Program-made: the position numbers and the translations under genes
Notes under the pieces: generated by a model
The model's database searches: none
Told to the model about the DNA's origin: nothing
The model's input: the letters and a program-made list of their open reading frames with translations, nothing else
Shown here: piece by piece, positions 6,534 through 11,094 of the stretch
How positions within the stretch are numbered: position 1 is the stretch's first letter
How the letters are laid out: each line of letters begins with the position of its first letter
Origin: Candidatus Fermentibacteraceae bacterium
Lineage (GTDB): Bacteria; Fermentibacterota; Fermentibacteria; Fermentibacterales; JCC-6
NCBI GenBank assembly: GCA_041686025.1
Contig: JAWLEP010000053.1
Location: 4,930 to 16,023 of the forward strand
Length of the DNA: 11,094 nucleotides
Reading direction: 5' to 3'

Positions 6534-6612
6534 ACGCGAAGCTGAAAATGAGGCGGCCCGGGGATGCACCGCGGCCGCCGGCAAGGTCCGGGTCCGATTG
6601 GAGGTACTTCTC

Positions 6613-7131
6613 ATGGGCAAGCGTGTGGCCGCCGTCCTGGCGGACATGTTCGAGGATTCCGAGTTCACCTACCCTGCCGATGCGCTGCGTCGCGCGGGCC
6701 ACGAGGTCGTGGTCCTGGGAATGCGCCGGGGCATCGAGGTGACGGGGAAGAAGAAGGGTACGAAGGTGGAGCTGCAGCAGCGGGTGAGCGAGGCCGACCC
6801 CGACTCCTTCGACGCCCTCCTGATACCGGGAGGCTACTCGCCGGACAAGCTTCGGGCCCATGAGGAGCCTGTGGAGTTCGTGAGGAAGATGATGGAGGCC
6901 GGCAAGCCGGTGTTCACCATCTGCCACGGGCCCCAGCTGCTGATAAGCGCCGACACGCTGAAGGGGCGCAGGCTGGCTGCCTGGCGCTCCATCCGCAGGG
7001 ACGTGGAGAACGCCGGCGCCGAGTACGCCGACGAGCCCGTGGTGAGGGACGGCAACCTGATCTCCAGCCGGCACCCGGGCGACCTGCAGCCGTTCACGGA
7101 CGCCCTGCTGAAGGCCCTGGAGGAGACCTAG
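6613..7131 (+). CDS. pfpI: DJ-1/PfpI family protein (type 1 glutamine amidotransferase-like; YhbO/PfpI-like deglycase/glyoxalase or intracellular protease), 172 aa
   Basis: The real gene is the C-terminal part of track ORF 5470..7131. ATG 6613 follows GGAGGT SD (6600-6605). MGKRVAAVLADMFEDSEF, DALLIPGGYSPDKLR, nucleophile elbow TICHGPQLL, VVRDGNLISSRHPGDL. Confidence 0.93.
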   Translation: MGKRVAAVLADMFEDSEFTYPADALRRAGHEVVVLGMRRGIEVTGKKKGTKVELQQRVSEADPDSFDALLIPGGYSPDKLRAHEEPVEFVRKMMEAGKPVFTICHGPQLLISADTLKGRRLAAWRSIRRDVENAGAEYADEPVVRDGNLISSRHPGDLQPFTDALLKALEET

Positions 7132-7144
7132 ACGGGGCAGGCCG

Positions 7145-8173
7145 GTGCAGGCCCGCGAAGGCAGGATGCTGGTGCCCGCCCTGCGGGCTCTGCAGGATCT
7201 CAGCCCTGCCAGGCTGCTGGCGCTGCTGCCCCCGTCGGTTACCGTCTCCGGGGGTCTGGCCGGGGTCTGCGATTCCCTTCTGACGCACCACCACATGCTG
7301 GACCTGCATCTGGCGCACCTGCAGGCGGGCATGGATTCCGCCTGGGGCCCGGAGCCTTCCCCCGCCGGGCCGGTGGACACGGCGGTGCTCTTCATGCCCC
7401 GCTCGAAGGCCCGCGCGAGTTATCTGATGGCGGCCTTCGCCGCGCTGTGCTCCGAGGAGGGCCACCTGGTCCTGGTGGGGGGGAAGAGGAGCGGCGCAGC
7501 CTCCATGCGGTCCCGCATCGAGGAGGGCTTCGGCCCCGTGGTCGAAGAGGTGCGAGCCCGGGGATGCGTGGCGCTCACCGCTTCGGGGGGGCGGGTCTCG
7601 GCCACCCCTCCCGGGGAGGAGCGCTTCCCCGTGCCCGGCCCGGGGGGAGAGGACCTGGCCGCGGTGTCGCTGCCCGGGGTCTTCAGCCACGGAAGGCTGG
7701 ACCCGGGGACTGAGCTGCTGCTGGAGCACCTGGAGCCCGGGAGCTTCCGGCGGGCCCTGGACTGGGGATGCGGCTGCGGAGTCATCGGCGCCTTCCTGGC
7801 GGCCGCCAGGCCGGAGGCCCGGGTGGACCTGGCCGACATCGACGCCATGGCGGCGGAGGCTTCCCGGAGGACCCTGTCGGCGAACGGTCTGCACAACGCC
7901 CGGGTGCGGGGCAGCGTGGGCTTCTCCCGGCTGCAGGGCCCCTGGGACCTCATTGCCGCCAACCCCCCGTTCCACCGGGGAGCGGGCAGGGACCGGGGCC
8001 CGGCGGAGACGCTGCTGCGGGAAGCGCCCTCCAGGCTGGGAAAGGGGGGCAGGCTGGTGCTGGTGGCAAACGCCTTCCTCCCCTACGAGCGGCTGCTGAG
8101 GTCGGGGTTCGGAAGCGTCCGCAGCCTCTGCGAAGGGGAGGGGTACAAGGTTCTGGAGGCGGTGAGGGCATAA
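7145..8173 (+). CDS. rsmC: 16S rRNA m2G1207 methyltransferase RsmC-like (class I SAM-dependent, two-domain), 342 aa
   Basis: LPGVFSHGRLDPGTELLL, motif I LDWGCGCGVIG, motif IV DLIAANPPFH, C-terminal VANAFLPY...YKV. The N-terminal domain (FMPRSKARA...LVGGKRSG...ARGC) parallels E. coli RsmC. Length is about the same as E. coli RsmC. Confidence 0.85.
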   Translation: MQAREGRMLVPALRALQDLSPARLLALLPPSVTVSGGLAGVCDSLLTHHHMLDLHLAHLQAGMDSAWGPEPSPAGPVDTAVLFMPRSKARASYLMAAFAALCSEEGHLVLVGGKRSGAASMRSRIEEGFGPVVEEVRARGCVALTASGGRVSATPPGEERFPVPGPGGEDLAAVSLPGVFSHGRLDPGTELLLEHLEPGSFRRALDWGCGCGVIGAFLAAARPEARVDLADIDAMAAEASRRTLSANGLHNARVRGSVGFSRLQGPWDLIAANPPFHRGAGRDRGPAETLLREAPSRLGKGGRLVLVANAFLPYERLLRSGFGSVRSLCEGEGYKVLEAVRA

Positions 8174-8183
8174 GGGCCTGGGC

Positions 8184-8216
8184 TTTACGTCCGTCTTTGT
8201 TCAAATATATTTGAGC
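8184..8216 (+). promoter_or_regulatory. Putative tldDE promoter overlapped by a perfect 14-bp palindrome
   Basis: TTTACG (8184-8189), 16 nt, TATATT (8206-8211). TCAAATATATTTGA (8201-8214) is a perfect palindrome. Confidence 0.55.
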
Positions 8217-8270
8217 GTAACCTGCAATTCGCATCGATCACCGATCTGGCCATGGCCGGGAGGGAGCAGC

Positions 8271-9755
8271 ATGGAAGATGTCTCGGCTGTAGAGAAGAGG
8301 GTCCGGCAGAACATCGGGCGCATAATGGAGAGCGGGGCGGAGTACGTGGACGCCCGGTTCTTCGAAAGCGACCGCGACGAGTACCTGGTGCTCTACGACG
8401 GCAACCTGGAGGGCAACGACACAGGCTTCGAGAGCGGCCTGGGCGTGCGGGTCCTCCGGGGAGGGGCCTGGGGCTTCGCAGCCACCAGCGACCCCGAAGG
8501 CACAGAGGCGTGCTTCGACGCCGCAGCCAGGAACGCCGGCACCGCGGCGGAGCTGGTGAAGGTGCCCATCTCCATGGGCAGCCGCGAGCCGGTGAGGGAC
8601 TCCTGGGAGGCGCCGGTGGCAACGTCGCCCTTCGACGTGGCGCTGGCCGACAAGCTGGAGTTTCTGAGGGGAATAGACGACGAGCTGGCCGAGGAGTGGA
8701 TAATGCGCCGCATGGTGCGGGCGCACCTGCAGGACAGGACAGTCCACTTCTGGAACAGCGACGGGTCCCGGATACGCAAGCGCCTGTGCAACGTATTCGG
8801 ACACATGGTAATAATGGCCCCCGACCGGGACGGTCAGATGCAGCGCCGGAGCATGGTGCTGTACACCCCCGGCGACGGGACCCGGGGATGGGAGATGATG
8901 ACCCGCCCGGAGCTGTTCGCCTCCCACGCCGGCAGGATCAAGGAGGAGCTGGGCCAGCTTCTGGACGCGCCCGAGCTGGAGTACGGGAAGCGCTCGGTGA
9001 TACTCCTTCCGGGCCAGGGGCACCTGCAGGTCCACGAGACCATAGGCCATCCCCTGGAGCTGGATCGCATACTGGGCTACGAGCTCTCCTACGCCGGGGG
9101 ATCCTTCGTGGACCTGGACTCCATCGGGAAGCTCCGCTACGGCTCGGAGAAGCTCAACGTCAGCTCCTACGGCGGCATCAGCAACGCCCCGGGCAGCTTC
9201 GGCTACGACGACGACGGCACCCCGGAGCGCAACTACCTGCTGATAGAGAAGGGCATACTGAAGAACGTTCTCAGCTCCCGGGCCATGGTGGACGAGGCCA
9301 ACAAGCGAGCCGGCCGCACCGTCTTCGAGCACAGCGGCGGCGCCGCCAGGGCCACGGCCTTCTACCGCGCCCCCATCGACCGGATGACCAACGTGAACAT
9401 CGAGCCCGGCGAGGACGGCACACTGGAGGACATCGTGGCCTCCACCGATGACGGCATAGTAGTGGACAACCCCACGTCCTGGTCCATCGGATCCAACAGG
9501 GAGCACTTCCACTTCGGCTGCGAGATCGCCTGGGAGGTAAGGGACGGAAAGCGTACCCGCGTCCTTCGCAACCCCACCTACCAGGGACACACCCTGGACT
9601 TTTACCGCTCTCTCAGCGCCGTGGGCGACAGCTCCACCTGGCGGGTGGAGCAGGTGGACAACTGCGGCAAGGGAGAGCCCAACCAGGTGATGCAGATCGG
9701 CCACGGAGTTCCGGTTGTCCGCTTCGACGACGTGGTCACCGGGGAGAGGGGGTAG
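8271..9755 (+). CDS. tldD: TldD metalloprotease catalytic subunit (TldD/PmbA family), 494 aa
   Basis: Start re-assigned to ATG 8271 after GGGAGGGAG. AEYVDARF, GLGVRVLRGGAWGFA, metal motif HETIGHPLELDR, GSFGYDDDG, PIDRMTNVNI, C-terminal Cys ligand in NCGKGEPNQ. Confidence 0.95.
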   Translation: MEDVSAVEKRVRQNIGRIMESGAEYVDARFFESDRDEYLVLYDGNLEGNDTGFESGLGVRVLRGGAWGFAATSDPEGTEACFDAAARNAGTAAELVKVPISMGSREPVRDSWEAPVATSPFDVALADKLEFLRGIDDELAEEWIMRRMVRAHLQDRTVHFWNSDGSRIRKRLCNVFGHMVIMAPDRDGQMQRRSMVLYTPGDGTRGWEMMTRPELFASHAGRIKEELGQLLDAPELEYGKRSVILLPGQGHLQVHETIGHPLELDRILGYELSYAGGSFVDLDSIGKLRYGSEKLNVSSYGGISNAPGSFGYDDDGTPERNYLLIEKGILKNVLSSRAMVDEANKRAGRTVFEHSGGAARATAFYRAPIDRMTNVNIEPGEDGTLEDIVASTDDGIVVDNPTSWSIGSNREHFHFGCEIAWEVRDGKRTRVLRNPTYQGHTLDFYRSLSAVGDSSTWRVEQVDNCGKGEPNQVMQIGHGVPVVRFDDVVTGERG

Positions 9756-9757
9756 CC

Positions 9758-11094
9758 ATGCTCGAGAAGAGAGTCAGAGACGCCATACGCCGGGTTCGCG
9801 ACAGGGCGGCAGGGCAGGGCGTGCAGGCGGCCTTCACCCTGCACCGCGAGGACAGCCATCTGATGCGGATCGGCAACAGCTCCGTGTCCCTCAGCACCTC
9901 CGAGCGGCTCACCAGGCTGGACGTACACGTGGTGGACGGCCGCAGGGAGGGCAGCCATACCCAGATGACGGAGATCACCTCTGCGGACGTGGTGGAGGCG
10001 GCGCTGGAGACGGCCCGGGCCAAGGCCAGGGTGGGAGCGGAGAAGGACTACCAGCCGCTGCTGCCCGAGGTGCGCCAGAGCATCGAGGAGGAGCCGCAGC
10101 TCGACCCGGATGTGGCCGGTCTGGACCCGGCGGTCAAGGCCCGGGGCTACGGGGAGATCTTCGGTGGCGCCGGGGAGGAGTACAACTACTCCGGCTCCTG
10201 GTCCAGCGGACAGACCGAGGTCTACCTGGTCAGCACGGCGAACGCCAGGGAGGCCTACCACGCTGGCACCGACTGGAAGTTCAGCGTGGTGCTGAAGCAT
10301 CCCGAAGAGAAGTGGGAGCTGCAGCACGGCCAGACCGGGTGGCGGGCCGACGGCTTCGACCCGCAGCTGTCCGTAGACAGCTTCCGCCGCTACATCCCCA
10401 TCTACTCGAAGAACCCCGGCATAGAGGTGCCCGAGGGTGACTACACCGTGATACTGGGGGCCGAGGCGCTGGCCGACATCAGTGCCATGGCCACCTTCAC
10501 CGGCCTCTCCGGACGCATGTGGGAGGAGAAGCTGGGCTGGACCAGCGGCAGCGATATCGGTGAGAGGATCCTGGGTGAGAACGTTACCCTGGTGGACGAC
10601 CCCACCAGCGACCTGACCTTCCGCATGGGCTTCGACCGGGGCGGAATGGTCCGCAGGCCCTTTGCCGTGGTGGAGAAGGGCGTGATGAAGAACCTCTTCT
10701 ACGACCTGTCCACCGCCGCCAAGTACGGCACCGAGCCCACCGGACACGACACCGGCTCGCCCAGCCTGGTCCTGCACTGCGGCGGGGGCCCGGAGGATCC
10801 GCTGGAGGCCGTGAAGGGCCTGGGAAAGGTGCTCTACATACCCGCGCTGCACTACATGAACATGCCCAGCATGGCCAGGGGCATCTTCACCGGAAGCAGC
10901 CGCTTCAGCGCCACCATGGTGGAGGACGGGGAGATCACGGGCCCCATATTCTCCACCAGGATCACCGATACATTCCAGAGCGTGCTCAGCAGCATGAGGA
11001 CCCTCTCGTCTGCGGCGGTGTCCCAGAACCAGTCCAGCACCTACGCCCGTCGGTCACCCAGGGCCATGGGGGTTCCCTCCTACGCCGTGGTGGA
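9758..11094 (+). CDS. pmbA: TldE/PmbA non-catalytic partner (3' end just beyond the window)
   Basis: Not in the ORF track. Hand translation from ATG 9758, 2 nt after the tldD stop: MLEKRVRDAIRR...HLMRIGNSSVS...EVPEGDYTVILGAEALAD...ILGENVTLVDDP...FDRGG..RRPFAVVEKGVMKNLFYDLSTAAKYGTEPTGH...LHYMN...FTGSSRF...VEDGEITGP. Open for 445 codons. No HExxxH motif, as expected for TldE. Confidence 0.92.
   Translation, partial: MLEKRVRDAIRRVRDRAAGQGVQAAFTLHREDSHLMRIGNSSVSLSTSERLTRLDVHVVDGRREGSHTQMTEITSADVVEAALETARAKARVGAEKDYQPLLPEVRQSIEEEPQLDPDVAGLDPAVKARGYGEIFGGAGEEYNYSGSWSSGQTEVYLVSTANAREAYHAGTDWKFSVVLKHPEEKWELQHGQTGWRADGFDPQLSVDSFRRYIPIYSKNPGIEVPEGDYTVILGAEALADISAMATFTGLSGRMWEEKLGWTSGSDIGERILGENVTLVDDPTSDLTFRMGFDRGGMVRRPFAVVEKGVMKNLFYDLSTAAKYGTEPTGHDTGSPSLVLHCGGGPEDPLEAVKGLGKVLYIPALHYMNMPSMARGIFTGSSRFSATMVEDGEITGPIFSTRITDTFQSVLSSMRTLSSAAVSQNQSSTYARRSPRAMGVPSYAVV

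Noticed and set aside
5470..7131. 553-aa ORF suggesting a large PfpI fusion
   Set aside because: The first ~380 aa are an off-frame shadow of the DUF2723 gene plus spacer (Arg/Gly/Pro-rich). The real start is ATG 6613 with a strong SD and an upstream promoter.
8211..8270. 20-aa N-terminal extension of TldD from TTG 8211, and the 19-aa extension of the LolA-like ORF (1217-1273)
   Set aside because: TTG 8211 lies within the promoter palindrome with no SD, whereas ATG 8271 has a strong SD. The LolA-like extension overlaps tetR and would bury the signal peptide.
1957..11094. RiPP (microcin B17-like) cluster: Gly-rich precursor + S9 peptidase + TldDE + tailoring enzymes + exporter
   Set aside because: No YcaO, radical SAM, Lan or RRE enzyme. 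The Gly-rich protein is 179 aa, has a TM anchor and no Cys. The methyltransferase is RsmC-like and the peptidases look like housekeeping orthologs.

Overview
High-GC (~70%) bacterial chromosomal window that looks mostly like housekeeping and cell-envelope genes. Left, minus strand: a probably autoregulated operon of a TetR regulator, a LolA-like 'outer membrane lipoprotein-sorting' protein and a FtsX/LolCE-type ABC permease (runs off the left edge). Upstream of it lies a Gly-rich pentapeptide-repeat membrane protein. Plus strand: oligopeptidase B (S9A), a DUF2723/TMEM260-like GT-C membrane glycosyltransferase, a PfpI/DJ-1 protein, an RsmC-like rRNA methyltransferase, and a TldD/TldE(PmbA) pair (TldE runs off the right edge). 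No mobile element, CRISPR array, tRNA or rRNA is visible. Best signals: (i) a double TetR-type operator over a sigma70 promoter, whose geometry implies the TetR gene starts at a rare CTG codon; (ii) a ~146-nt concentric rod-like fold in the ptrB-DUF2723 spacer (candidate structured RNA); (iii) a perfect 14-bp palindrome over the likely tldDE promoter; (iv) the standalone Gly pentad-repeat protein. I cannot support a claim of a new multi-gene system. All family calls come from motif recognition by eye, not database searches.
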